The position numbers and the translations under genes were made by a program. DNA of 43,037 nucleotides from Octopus bimaculoides (Eukaryota), in assembly GCF_001194135.2 (NCBI RefSeq), contig NC_068981.1:96835838-96878874 (forward strand). The letters are read 5' to 3'. The notes beneath the pieces are model-generated. The model ran no database searches, had not been told where the DNA came from, and saw only the letters and a program-made list of their open reading frames with translations. Shown here one piece after another: positions 1 through 12,489 of this stretch. Each line of letters opens with the position of its first letter. Within the stretch, counting starts at the first letter, position 1.

Positions 1-361
1 GACGTCGAGGGTTCCAGTTGATCCGATCAACAGAACAGCCTGCTCGTGAAATTAACGTGCAAGTTGCTGAGAACTCCACAGACATGTGTACCCTTAACGT
101 AGTTCTCGGGGATATTCAGCGTGACACAGTGTAACAAGGCTGACCCTTTGAATTACAAGCACAACAGAAACAGGAAGAAAGAGTGAGAGAAAGTTGTGGT
201 GAAAGAGTACAGCAGGGTTCACCACCATCCCCTGCCGGAGTCTCGTGGAGCTTTAGGTGTTTTCGCTCAATAAACACTCACAACGCCCGGTCCGGGAATC
301 GAAACCGCGATCCTATGACCGCGAGTCCGCTGCCCTAACCACTGGGCCATTGCGCCTCCAC
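1..361 (-). mobile_element. tRNA-derived SINE family F (3' end cut by the window edge)
   Basis: The minus-strand head has an A box TGGCCCAGTGG and a B box GTTTCGATTCC. It is near-identical to 36836-37080 and the reverse complement of 21481-21722. Confidence 0.9.
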
Positions 362-516
362 ACTAAACAATAACAACAATGAAAACAACAACACTTAAAC
401 ACGTATAAACACTACACTAAACATCAGTAATCTCAACTATAAATCCTATCGAACGCAAAATATTTTAGAATATGACCTATCGAATTTCCTTAAACACTAC
501 CTGTCTATATACATGT

Positions 517-682
517 CAGTAGATATTGTATACTATTGACTCCGGGAGGATGAAAGGCAAAATTGACACCACCAGAAGGAAAGGCAAAGTTGACACTAGC
601 AGGATGTGAATTCAGGACATAAAAGCCGGAGCAAACACCGCAAGGCATTTTTTCCGATGCTCTAACGATTCTGCCAATCCAC
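517..682 (-). mobile_element. Degenerate SINE-E with an internal duplication of GAAAGGCAAA.TTGACAC
   Basis: Similar to the family E core; ends CTAACGATTCTGCCA. Confidence 0.6.
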
Positions 683-1960
683 GATGTCTGGAAACAGACT
701 GGGTGTAATTGCAGCCTTAATATTCAGTTTACATTGCAATCAATGAGTTCATGACGTCCCTTCGTGATCACGCGCAGCCTTTGTTTCATTTGTATCTATT
801 CTCTTCAAAGCTGTCAATGGATATACTACCGCTTTGGTAATATGCAGTGCTATACGCGCGCACAGCCATCAGGGTGGAGCGTAAAAGCTGATGTTATTCT
901 ATTAGCTTAGCATTTATATTTATAACGCCCAGTCACGGAGTCAATCAGCAACACCAGTGTACAGCCAATAGACCAGGGGCAGACATCTTTATCGCGATTA
1001 TGGAAACCTCTTCACGCAGAGACAGAGTTATTTTCTTTCATCTTCTTTTCCCAATGCCATTTGCCGTGCATTATATGGACATCGTCGAGTCCAGTAATTA
1101 TCTCCAAGCATTTCTAGCGTCACCGAAGAAACAAATTAGTTACAAGAGACGTTTTGGACGAATTCTTTCTATGATTTCCTTGGAGTTTTCTCATTGCATC
1201 TTCTGTTTCGCTAACAACATTAGCCCTGTCTAAACCATACTTGTAAGTACTTTGTCTGCAAAACACTTTTTTCTAACCACTCCTCCCGTGACCTCCATGA
1301 ATCCCTTTTAGTCTTCTTTGCAGCTCAACTCTTCTTCAATTCACCTTCCATCAACAACCTCCCCTTCTTTCCCCTCTTCTTCCTCACTCCCCCTTCGTCA
1401 TCGTCGTTCTCCTTCCCTTCCTCCGTCTCCTTCCCTTCCTCCGTCTCCTCCTCCTCCTCATCCTGTTTACTTCTACCTCTGGACTGCCTCTAATGATTTA
1501 GGCCTATTAGGCAATTACTCCACAACTATATAAACATATATATATCTGTTTGTGTACGTGTACATATGTGTTCGCGCGTGTAAATGCGTGCGCATGTGTA
1601 TGTGTGTATGAGTGTGTGTTTGTGTGCGTGTGCTTGTATATATGTGTGTATGTGTGTGTGCATGTATGCTTGTATGCATACATACTCACATACACACATA
1701 CAACGGGCTTCTGCACAGTTTTTCAAGACATGATGCATATCGAATTACATTATACAGCAAATCATTCCTTTTTATTATTATTATTTTTGTGACGATAGGG
1801 AGTTATTTGAGAGAGATTTTTCTCCAGCATCAACCAAATCGGAAAAAATAAGAAACCCACAGAGGGTCTCTTTAAGGTTGTCAGAGTTTAACCAAAGTGT
1901 AAATAACAACGCTGGCTATCAATCTTTCACATTACTAATTACTAGAAGTTAATTAATAAT

Positions 1961-2111
1961 AAACAATTGCAGCGTGGAAGGTGTTTATAAGCCATTTAAA
2001 AAAAACACAAAAACCGTTAGATTCACTTCAACACTTAAATTTGCTAAAATACTTTCGTCGCTTTGAGACCGCGACCTGTTCACTGACAAATTTCCACGCT
2101 TGCAATTGTTT
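1961..2111. mobile_element. 151-bp element with 19-bp terminal inverted repeats carrying the hammerhead motif
   Basis: AAACAATTGCAGCGTGGAA (1961-1979) matches the reverse complement of 2092-2111 (AAACAATTGCAAGCGTGGAA) with one extra base. Confidence 0.65.
2037..2093 (-). ncRNA. Minimal type I hammerhead ribozyme-like motif with G3-C8 core covariation
   Basis: Minus strand reads AAAUUUGUCA-GUGAACA-G-GUCGC-GGUCUCAAA-GCGAC-GAAA-GUAU-UU/UAGCAAAUUU. Stem I is 10 bp (one mismatch, one G-U), stem II is a perfect 5 bp, GAAA is intact, and stem III is the near-palindrome AGUAUU. Predicted cleavage is between 2047 and 2046. Confidence 0.65.
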
Positions 2112-2179
2112 TCGTTCCAGCACACGATCTCAGATCAGGTCACTTGCTATGCAAGTACATCTCCGTAATTAATAATAGT

Positions 2180-2910
2180 TTCTGATTTAGGCTGAGAGCA
2201 AACAAATACGAATGGAGGGTTTAGTTGATACTATTGACCCAGTACCTGAATTGTACTATACTCTATCGACCCCGAAAGAAAGAAAGAAAATGTTGATCTC
2301 CGGTGGAATTTTGACTCGGTATGTTAAGAGCCGGAAAAAATATCGTAGAGTGTTTTGACCGATGCTCCAACGACTCTGCAAGTTCGTGGCCTTGAAGTTA
2401 GCTACTGATCAACTTTTCTACAAGGAAGGACATTTTTGAGGAGAGAGCGCTAGTCGAATACATTGACCCATGTGCACAACTGGTACCTATTTCATCAACC
2501 CCGAAAAGATGAAAGGCGAAACCAACCTCTGCAGAATTTGAACTCAGAACGTAAACACAAACGAAATGCCGCTAAGCATTTTCTCCAGGTCCAGCGTGCT
2601 AACGATTCTGCAAGCTCACCACCTCGAAGTTAATGGTTTCAAATTTCGAGGGAGCGGGGCAGTCGATTACTGCCAGTTCGCCGCCTTAAATTAAGGTGAC
2701 GAACTGGCAGAATCGCTAGGACGCCGGGCAAAATGTTTGGCGACATTTCCTCTGTCTTCACTGCCTGGGTTTAAATTCCACTGAGGTCGATTTTACCTTT
2801 CATCCTTTCAGAGTCGACAAAACAAGTACCAGTTGAACACTGGAGTTGAAGTAATCGGCTTAACCCCTCCCCCGAAATTGCTGGCCTTGTGCCAAAATTT
2901 GAAGTCAGTA
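2180..2910. mobile_element. Cluster of tRNA-derived SINE family E copies (two on -, one on +)
   Basis: The core ATCGACCCCGAAAG.ATGAAAGGC...GGAATTTGAACTCAGAACG lies on - at about 2180-2395 and 2405-2625. The + copy at 2692-2910 has CCTTTCATCCTTTCAGAGTCGAC. Boundaries are approximate. Confidence 0.8.
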
Positions 2911-3461
2911 TAAATATTAGTTGGTTGGCTGGCTGGTTGGTTTGTTGGTTTTCCGGACACGCGTGTAGAAAGAGGTGGAGAGAAACTAAAAGAGAAATAC
3001 TGAGTGAATAGAAATATGGTGAGAGGATAACATGAGATGTGCAGAATGAGTCTCTTATAATTTGCTGAAAACTATATAAATTTTAATGAAATTTTGCAGA
3101 GATAGGTTTGCGATTATGTCGATAAAATTTAGAAAAATAATAACATACATTTATTGCAAATGTACAAATGAGAAATTTGTTTTATTTAATTTTATTTCAA
3201 ATTAATGAAGATGTTTTCGTTTGAAAATTAGTATTCATTTCATCATTTTGCATAAACACCAAAAATTTAGACTATAATTATTCGTGTATATCATATTTCT
3301 TGAGATTACCCACGGTGACAAAAGTGTGCTTGCAATGTTACCCATCATACGACGGTTAAAACTCTAGTTTATTTATAAATACACTTAAAACTGGATGGTC
3401 ACACCAGGAAAGCCTTTTATCAGACTCACAGGTTTGCAGTAAAAAAGATATGCATATATGT

Positions 3462-3780
3462 GAAGGCACATGGCTTAGTGGGTAGGGCATTCAGCTCACG
3501 ATCATGAGGTCGTGAGTTCAATTCCCGGTTATGCGTTGTCCTTGAACAAGACACTTTATTTCACGTTGCTCCAGTCCACTCAGCTAGCAAAAATGAGTAG
3601 TACCTGTATTTCAAAGGGCTAGCCTTGTCACATTCTGTGTCACGCTGAATCCCATGAGATCTACGTTAAGGGTACGCGTATCTGTAGAGTGTTCAGCCAC
3701 TTGCACGTTAATTTCACGAGCAGGCTGTTCCGTTGATCAGATCAACTGGAACCCTGTCGTCGTAACCAACGGATTGCTAG
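3462..3780 (+). mobile_element. tRNA-SINE sharing its 3' half with family F but with a different central domain
   Basis: The head is TGGCTTAGTGG...GAGTTCAATTCCC and the centre is GTCCTTGAACAAGACACTTTATTTCACGTTGCTCCAGTCCAC. The 3' part GCCTTGTCAC...GGAACCCT.TCGTCGTAA is shared with 21567-21722. Confidence 0.8.
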
Positions 3781-3866
3781 TTTTTTTTTGTTTTTGTTTT
3801 TATGTTATTTCTACTATAGGCACATAAGGCATGTATATGTATATACATACATATATATATATATAC

Positions 3867-3871
<5 letters not shown>

Positions 3872-3933
<62 letters not shown>
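3872..3933. repeat. (TG)n microsatellite, representative of dozens of CA/TA/CT/TATG/GATA/AAT arrays in the window
   Basis: Read directly from the sequence. Confidence 0.98.
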
Positions 3934-3936
<3 letters not shown>

Positions 3937-4358
3937 AAAGTTGTAGTTCGCTTGAAGCAATTTAGTACAGAAGTAGAATAATGAATGGAATAAAGAAAGA
4001 TTCTAACAATGCAAAGATGGAAGTTGAAAGACCTTTATATATTTCGTGCAGAAAGGCTGATCCTCAGAAGAATACAATCAGAAAAATGTGTGTCTACGTT
4101 GCGCAAGCACCAGACTAAAATGGTGTCACTGCCCATCCGGCTATCCAAATGGCACACATTTCTCTCACAATACTCTACTGAGAGTGGATGTTTGCACCCG
4201 AGATACATTAAGGTTGTTCAACTTTCATTTCTGCATGTTTAGAAGTTTTCATCATTGCATTTATCATGCTACTTATATATGTCTCTGTGTATGTGCGCGC
4301 GTCTGTGCATGATTATGTATATGTGCGTATGTGTGTGTATATATGTGTGTGTACATGT

Positions 4359-4388
<30 letters not shown>

Positions 4389-4392
<4 letters not shown>

Positions 4393-4861
4393 AGTTTAGG
4401 TTAGTTAAAGTATGTTTGTGACAAATTTCAACTACTAAACAGTGAATTCACTGCAGTTACCATGGAGAAAATTTTCTGTTATGGTAAAAAAGGTGTAAAA
4501 ACACCATATCTGTCCAGTGTCGCCAACTATCAGGATTCTCAGACTTCGATATTTCTAGCTCCTTAGCCGTTATCAACGGGTAATACTTAAGAGAGGCAAC
4601 TCTGGACAGACCTTATTTAAGCTATAGCTTTAACTAAAACGCAGTCAACAACATTGACTGGTTTGCGCCAGTAGACCACCAGTTCGTGGAATTTACTGTA
4701 GTGTTAGCGCCAAGCAGTGTTTAGGTATAAGCAAAGTTTAGGCTAGTTAAAACATGTTTGTGACATATTTCAACTGCTGAAAGGCAAATTCACAGAAGTT
4801 ACCGCAGAGAAATTTTTTCTCATGTGGTAAAAAGATGTAAAAACACCATATCTGTCCAGTG
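4389..4861. repeat. Diverged 131-bp direct repeats spaced 342 bp apart
   Basis: 4389-4519 versus 4731-4861; the last 26 nt are identical (TGTAAAAACACCATATCTGTCCAGTG). Confidence 0.85.
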
Positions 4862-5102
4862 GGGGTCAAATTGTTCGATTAAAGCCTTGAAGGCGATGCT
4901 TCAGCATGGCTGCAGTCCAATGACTGAAGCAAAACTAAAAAAATAAATTACATTTTTATAAGGTCTAATGAATTGCCTCCACCCCAACTTCGAATCGAAC
5001 ACGGATCCTGTACTCGGCAATTATCCTACATAACTTACAACAAAATAATAAAGATCGTTAATATATATAAATAATGCATGAGGAGGTAAGGGTTTAATTT
5101 TC

Positions 5103-5135
<33 letters not shown>

Positions 5136-6231
5136 CCGCTCTCTCTCTCTCTCGCTCTCTCTCTTTCATTCCCTCTTTCTCTCACTCTCTTTATTTCCCT
5201 CTTCTCCCCTTCTTCTATGTCCCTTCTATCTCTATCTCGGTTTTTCCACATTAAACTCTCGAGAATGTTGTTTACTGTTGTTATAATTTATCTTAAGTAA
5301 TCTNNNNNNNNNNNNNNNNNNNNNNNNNNNNNNNNNNNNNNNNNNNNNNNNNNNNNNNNNNNNNNNNNNNNNNNNNNNNNNNNNNNNNNNNNNNNNNNNN
5401 NNNNNNNNNNNNNNNNNNNNNNNNNNNNNNNNNNNNNNNNNNNNNNNNNNNNNNNNNNNNNNNNNNNNNNNNNNNNNNNNNNNNNNNNNNNNNNNNNNNN
5501 NNNNNNNNNNNNNNNNNNNNNNNNNNNNNNNNNNNNNNNNNNNNNNNNNNNNNNNNNNNNNNNNNNNNNNNNNNNNNNNNNNNNNNNNNNNNNNNNNNNN
5601 NNNNNNNNNNNNNNNNNNNNNNNNNNNNNNNNNNNNNNNNNNNNNNNNNNNNNNNNNNNNNNNNNNNNNNNNNNNNNNNNNNNNNNNNNNNNNNNNNNNN
5701 NNNNNNNNNNNNNNNNNNNNNNNNNNNNNNNNNNNNNNNNNNNNNNNNNNNNNNNNNNNNNNNNNNNNNNNNNNNNNNNNNNNNNNNNNNNNNNNNNNNN
5801 NNNNNNNNNNNNNNNNNNNNNNNNNNNNNNNNNNNNNNNNNNNNNNNNNNNNNNNNNNNNNNNNNNNNNNNNNNNNNNNNNNNNNNNNNNNNNNNNNNNN
5901 NNNNNNNNNNNNNNNNNNNNNNNNNNNNNNNNNNNNNNNNNNNNNNNNNNNNNNNNNNNNNNNNNNNNNNNNNNNNNNNNNNNNNNNNNNNNNNNNNNNN
6001 NNNNNNNNNNNNNNNNNNNNNNNNNNNNNNNNNNNNNNNNNNNNNNNNNNNNNNNNNNNNNNNNNNNNNNNNNNNNNNNNNNNNNNNNNNNNNNNNNNNN
6101 NNNNNNNNNNNNNNNNNNNNNNNNNNNNNNNNNNNNNNNNNNNNNNNNNNNNNNNNATATATTTTTATTTTTCTTCTGAAAGAACATCTGTAACGAGCTA
6201 AAAACATTAGGAAGCCTTTAAAAGATAAAAG

Positions 6232-6233
6232 TA

Positions 6234-6301
<68 letters not shown>

Positions 6302-6375
6302 TGATGATGATGATGATGATGACGACGATGTTGACGATGACAATGATAACGGTGATGATGATGATGATGATGATT
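6232..6375. repeat. (AAT)n-(GAT)n compound microsatellite
   Basis: Read directly from the sequence. Confidence 0.98.
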
Positions 6376-7253
6376 TAGGAACAAGTTCAACAATTTACAG
6401 AGAAGGCGAGTAGTCGATTGCATCGACTCCAGTACTCGGCTGGTATTTCAGTTTGATCGACCTCGAAAGGATAAAAGGTGGAATAATAATAATGACTTTG
6501 AATAATATTTCCTTTGAGCTTTGGTATTTTCTACATTTACATCTCTGCAATACATGTAATATCTTCTCTTCACTTATCTTTCTGAGTACTGCTTTTTCGT
6601 GTTTAGTTATTCGCATTATTGCTCTGTTGTGCGCTATTTCATCGTACATTGTTCTGTGTTCTATATACTCTTCCTATACTATCATACAAATACATACTTG
6701 ATTTATGTAAAAACTCACCATCTCTAAACAACATTTATTTTTCAGATCTAATATCTTAGCATGAGCATTCTCTGGCCACGATTTTGCTTCTTGAACAATG
6801 TTTTTCGTAGGAAGGTACCAGTAAAGATAGAAAATACGGTAAATAAAATCTGATACTGAATAAAACTAAAACAGATTTAATGCTTTTAGACTTGTCCAAC
6901 ACCACGAGGTAGAAAGAATAATTATAAGGATACAAACTTTATTTGTCTTCTAATTGACGAAAAGTGGGAGCAAAAAAAAAAATCAGTCATATTTAAGAAG
7001 CTGACTTATATTTATTAGTTTTAGAACAATTACTCTCAATGGAGATTTGCTGAGAGGTTGTATGATTAGAAAGTTCGTTTCATAGTTGAGTGGTTCTGGG
7101 TTCAGTAATCTTTTGAGCGAATGTTTTCTACCATAACGTCGTGTTGATCCAAGCCGAGTAAAATTAGGCTGACGGAAACTGCGAGACAAGACTCTTGGAT
7201 GGATTGCACCAGTAAAAATTCCTGATGGACTCTGTCCTTTCTTGTCAGATTAA

Positions 7254-7470
7254 CCCTTTAGCGTTTAAATGGGCTGCATCCAGTCCAAATACTCTTCCTG
7301 TTTTATGTTCAAACTGACCAAATCTAGCCTCTTACACCTACCCTACAATGTCATTCTAAAAATATACAACCACATCATCAAAATATCAAAGCTCTGAAAT
7401 AATGCATGGTTACGTCAAAACAATGTGAATAAATAAGATTACATTTGACAGAATAATCGATGTTAAAGGG
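7254..7470. mobile_element. piggyBac-type MITE
   Basis: TTAA|CCCTTTAGCGT ... ATGTTAAAGGG|TTAA: TTAA target duplication (7250-7253 and 7471-7474) with CCC/GGG termini. Confidence 0.8.
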
Positions 7471-9015
7471 TTAAGACATAAAAAGAAACATTTACGATGC
7501 TGCGCTCACCGTACGTACCTATTCCTTGAATAACATCCATTTATTCACACTAAATACCTCATATATAAAGTTTCACATACCTATACTCTACCGTGATTTA
7601 CTCCTCATCTAGCCGTGTCCTGAATAATGGATGGTCTATCTCCCATCTGCTTAACGCTACGAATATGCATCACAGCGGCGAAGCGGCTGATTTGTTAAAG
7701 CGTATGATAAAATTACTTATGTTATTAGTTCCGTCTCCCCACACTTGAAACGTCTTTCATCTTTATGACGTTGATATAATAAAGCACTAGTTCAGGACGA
7801 TGACTTAACAGGATTGTTAGGTTAATTGACGAGATTGTTAGTACGTTGGACAAGATAACTTGTGAAATTTGTTCCGACTTTGTGTTCTGAGTATCACTGA
7901 CCCCTAGGTACTTTTGACAAAGTTCATTCTGTTGTTAGCAATCAGTCCAGCTCTCAACCTTATAGATAACTTCCTTCCAACTGTCTTCAGCTTCCTGCAA
8001 AAACAGAAGGTCATTTGTTATGTTCTTCAGTTCGGAAATAAACGGTAAAAAAAATAAAATACCAAGAAGCCATGGTCACAGTAAAATTTTCTTTGTTTAA
8101 CACCACCATCCTGATAAAAAAAGGAGGACACCCTGGACAAAATATTTATCGACAAACTTATGTCTAGGTGAAATAAAAAAGATTGGGTGTCGCGGATAGA
8201 ATACAACTGAAAATAGATCTGTCGATTAAAGATGACTTGTAGTAAAACACTCAAGACTACAAACAACAATCTTGAACGTGTAGGAAAAGTAAAATATAAA
8301 TATAAATAGAAAAAGATAAATATAAATAGATTAAATATCAATTTCACGCACTGGTGTGATGTAATCAGATTTTACTTGACCTTTTGTGGTCAGAGAGTTC
8401 AATCAACGATTGATCATCCATATTGACTTCAAGAGAGGATTGGGCTGCAGATATGCATACGAATCTACATGCATACATACATACATACATACATACATAC
8501 ACACATATACAGGCATAAATATACATATACGTATATACATATTTATAAAAGATAAACAAACAGTAGTATCCATACATGATAGTACGAAAACGTACAATTT
8601 TAACTTGATATGTGTGAGTATTTATGAAGCATAGTAAATATTAAGCATACATTCATACCTATTTCACTACATGCATACACGCGTACACACATAGTAAATA
8701 TTCACGTAAATTTGACGAATTATAGAGACTTGCACCGAAGCATATATACATGTGTGTGTGTGTGTATGTGTGATAAATGTATGTATAAATGTAAATGGAT
8801 GTCAATATTTGGGGAAGGAGAGTATATAGGTAGATGGACAGGTAGTTTATACATACACATATATATATATATATATATGAATGCACATATATGCATATAT
8901 GTATACATACTGAACATTCACAAATTCATAGAAAGGTATGCACTCACAAAAAAAACACATTCACAAACGCAAACTATGGTCTCTCTATATATACTTATAT
9001 CTCTATATATACATA

Positions 9016-9062
<47 letters not shown>

Positions 9063-9244
9063 NNNNNNNNNNNNNNNNNNNNNNNNNNNNNNNNNNNNNN
9101 NNNNNNNNNNNNNNNNNNNNNNNNNNNNNNNNNNNNNNNNNNNNNNNNNNNNNNNNNNNNNNNNNNNNNNNNNNNNNNNNNNNNNNNNNNNNNNNNNNNN
9201 NNNNNNNNNNNNNNNNNNNNNNNNNNNNNNNNNNNNNNNNNNNN

Positions 9245-9279
<35 letters not shown>

Positions 9280-10551
9280 CATCCAAACTTAGATGTTTAC
9301 ATACATTACATACATTATATATATTATATATGCACACACATGCACGTACACACATACACACGCACACAAACACACACACACATATATACACACACACACA
9401 TATATACACACACACATATATACACACACACACACATATACAGAGACAGAGAGATATGCATATATAGATACATGCATTCATCCATTCAAAGCTACAAAAT
9501 ACATTTATATACACACACAAACATGTATACATACACACATACACGAGGAACCTGAAATTAAAAAAATGCGTTTGTCATCCACCCCCTCCCACATTCCCAG
9601 TCTCCATCTTGTTGTAATCCAGTTAAGCAGTCGTCTAAATCTTTATCTCACAAAGAATAGGTTCGTTAGTGAAGTCTGCGAGAAAATCTCCTCCAATTCC
9701 TTAAAATAGCAACCAAAATCAGCATCGAGAAGCTTCGTCGTTTGTTTATTTTCGCCTCCAGATAGAAAAGCGTATCAGGTTTACAAAACTGGAATAAGAG
9801 GCGAAAAAAAATTGTTTTAATTTAAATTTCATTAGCGCTAATTCGATTTGACTAATAATTTCGTGTAATTAACTAGATAAAAACATAGCATGTGTATATG
9901 TGTTTATGTGTGTGTATGTATGTATGTATGTATGTATGTATGTATGTATGTATGTGAGCGTGTGCATGCGTGTGTGCATGTGTGCGTGCGTGTGTATGTG
10001 TGCATGTACGAATGTGTATGTATATATGTAGATGTGAAAATGGTGTGACGGTATGTTTATGCATGCGTGCGTGTGCGTCTGTGTGCGTGCGCGCGCGTAT
10101 GTGTGTGCATATTAGTGTGTGTTTCTAGGAAGTGTGGATCTGGAAACATGCGTATTATTGCATAGATGTATACAATCTGTCTTTAAACGTGCTTACGGAT
10201 GAGCGTACATACATGTGTATAGTATGTTTACGTGCGTATGTACTTGTGCGAAGGTATATGTATATTTATGTGTATCAGTAAATGGTGTGAGGTTGTAAAT
10301 GTATGGTCCTATTGATATATTATGTATGTATGCATGTATGTGTGTATACACGCAAGTACGTATGTATGAATGTATGTATGTAGCTATGTAAATTGATAGG
10401 TAACTTGCTATCTAACTAGGTGCATGGACATGTATATTGTTTGCATTAGCGATTGTTTTATTTTTATATGCGTGCGTACCTGAATACATATGTGTGTATG
10501 TATGCATGTACATATTTGAATATAAGTATATAAATATACATATATTAAATA

Positions 10552-10582
<31 letters not shown>

Positions 10583-10964
10583 NNNNNNNNNNNNNNNNNN
10601 NNNNNNNNNNNNNNNNNNNNNNNNNNNNNNNNNNNNNNNNNNNNNNNNNNNNNNNNNNNNNNNNNNNNNNNNNNNNNNNNNNNNNNNNNNNNNNNNNNNN
10701 NNNNNNNNNNNNNNNNNNNNNNNNNNNNNNNNNNNNNNNNNNNNNNNNNNNNATATATTAATATATGTATATGTTTGTGTATATGTATATACATATATAC
10801 GTATGTATACATACATACGTATGTCTACATGTTTTCAGTATGTGCAAATAAACTTTCAGAGACCCGTTTTCTATGTATCCATTTATGTATGTATGTATGT
10901 ATGTATGTATGTATGTATGTATGTATACATGTATGCATGCACGCATGCATGTATACATGCATGC

Positions 10965-10995
<31 letters not shown>

Positions 10996-12450
10996 CATGC
11001 ATGTATGTATGTATGCATGCATGCATGCATGTTTTTATGTATGTTTTCTTCGAGTGGCTCTCTAGATATTGGGTGAAAATTTTTTCTGATATATTTCGTT
11101 GTCTAAATAGTGTCACACCCTTAATATCATTCTGTCAATTCACAGAAACACACACTGAAATCTTTTACTTCAGCACATGTGTACCTAGAAGTAACCTTAA
11201 ACATAACTGATTGTCAGCGATAGGCATTTGTTTATTCAAGCCCTAATCTATCGACATAAAACTCATACAAGAAATTGGAATTCTATCCTGCGAGAAAAGT
11301 GACAACAATATACAATTTTCAGCGATTCATAAGGATAATAATAACATTAATATTTGTTGTTGCTCTTGCTGGTGTTGTTGTTGCTGTTGTTGTTGTTGTT
11401 ATTGTTGTTGTTGTTGTTTTTATTATTATTATTATTAAAGATTTGGTAGTTTCCGGCAAATTTCTGCTACATCACCGTGTAGCTGGAGTGTGTGCAGCAT
11501 TGTGCCATACCCTTTGGAGGAGTACAAACTCTTCCCGGTATTATACTGCGTCAGTTTGTTTTGTTATGGGAGTCTGGTTGCAGTCTTTTATTGTATTAGT
11601 GTTTGTACTGTATGTTGTGTGTGTAATACGAATTGTGTTCTTCTGTTAGGCATGCGGGTGAGCAGGCAGAACTGCTACCAGATCAGACAAAATGTTCAAA
11701 AGCCGCCGAGGTCAACTTTAACTTTCATCATTTTGAGGTCATTAAGATAAATGCCATTTGAGCACTGGAGGCGACCATGGTTTCCACCAACTCCTCTCTC
11801 AAATATATAAGGAGGCCCGCTTTTAAATATAAAGTTTTTCATCTTCTCCTTTACCCTTTACTGAATAAATTCCACGACGAAGGATGCACTCTCTTTTGCG
11901 ATAAACTTCTACCATGTTACATGTTTGTTTTCTTTTTGCCTAGAATTGACCGATGTTCAGTATTTGTGTTGGCTTGTAAGCTGCCAAAAGATGAACTGTT
12001 GTTCCTGCTGCTAGTAGCGGAGGTGGTGTGCCGGTGGTGGTAGTACTTTTATTAAAGCTATTTAAGTTTACGTTTTCATTACTCAAATCGTGGCTGTTAA
12101 ATACCTGTACTTTGGATTTAATTGCCATTCATCTATTTACCTTCTTTAAATCAAATTGCTTATTGGGGAGGGGTTATTTTCTTTTCTTTCTTTCTTTTTT
12201 TGGCGGGAGGATAGCTTTCGCTGCAATCATCTTTGTCCACACCGCTCCCTCCCACACGCACACATACCTACTAACTCATAGGTAACCATCCTCAGCCACT
12301 AATAAACAAAGTAAAATGGATGTTTGCTAAAAATGTAAATACAATAAAAATATACAGGAATAAATGCAGTGAACGTTAAAATATTCCGAAGCCCCTTTAT
12401 TGGTAAAAATAATGTATAGCAGTGCAAAAATTGGCAATGTGAATTGATAA

Positions 12451-12489
<39 letters not shown>

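Noticed and set aside
1000-1260. Possible old LINE RT fragment on the minus strand (FAD..., IIERIRPKRL)
   Set aside because: The similarity is too weak and stop-ridden to call by eye.
1507-1851. Many MYVCM/HTHT/IYIY ORFs throughout the track
   Set aside because: They are translations of TATG, CA and TA microsatellites, which lack stops in some frames.
4009-4312. Cys/His-containing small ORFs as a piggyBac or zinc-finger domain
   Set aside because: The Cys/His spacing fits no domain I recognise.
5288-6423. Long ORFs of 299-438 aa here and at 20.5-21.6, 25.2-26.6 and 38.6-39.8 kb
   Set aside because: They are open only because they run through N gaps and simple repeats.
8365-8450. DLLWSE peptide resembling the phosphatase DLLWSDP motif
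   Set aside because: It is an isolated short match surrounded by stops, with no other motifs.
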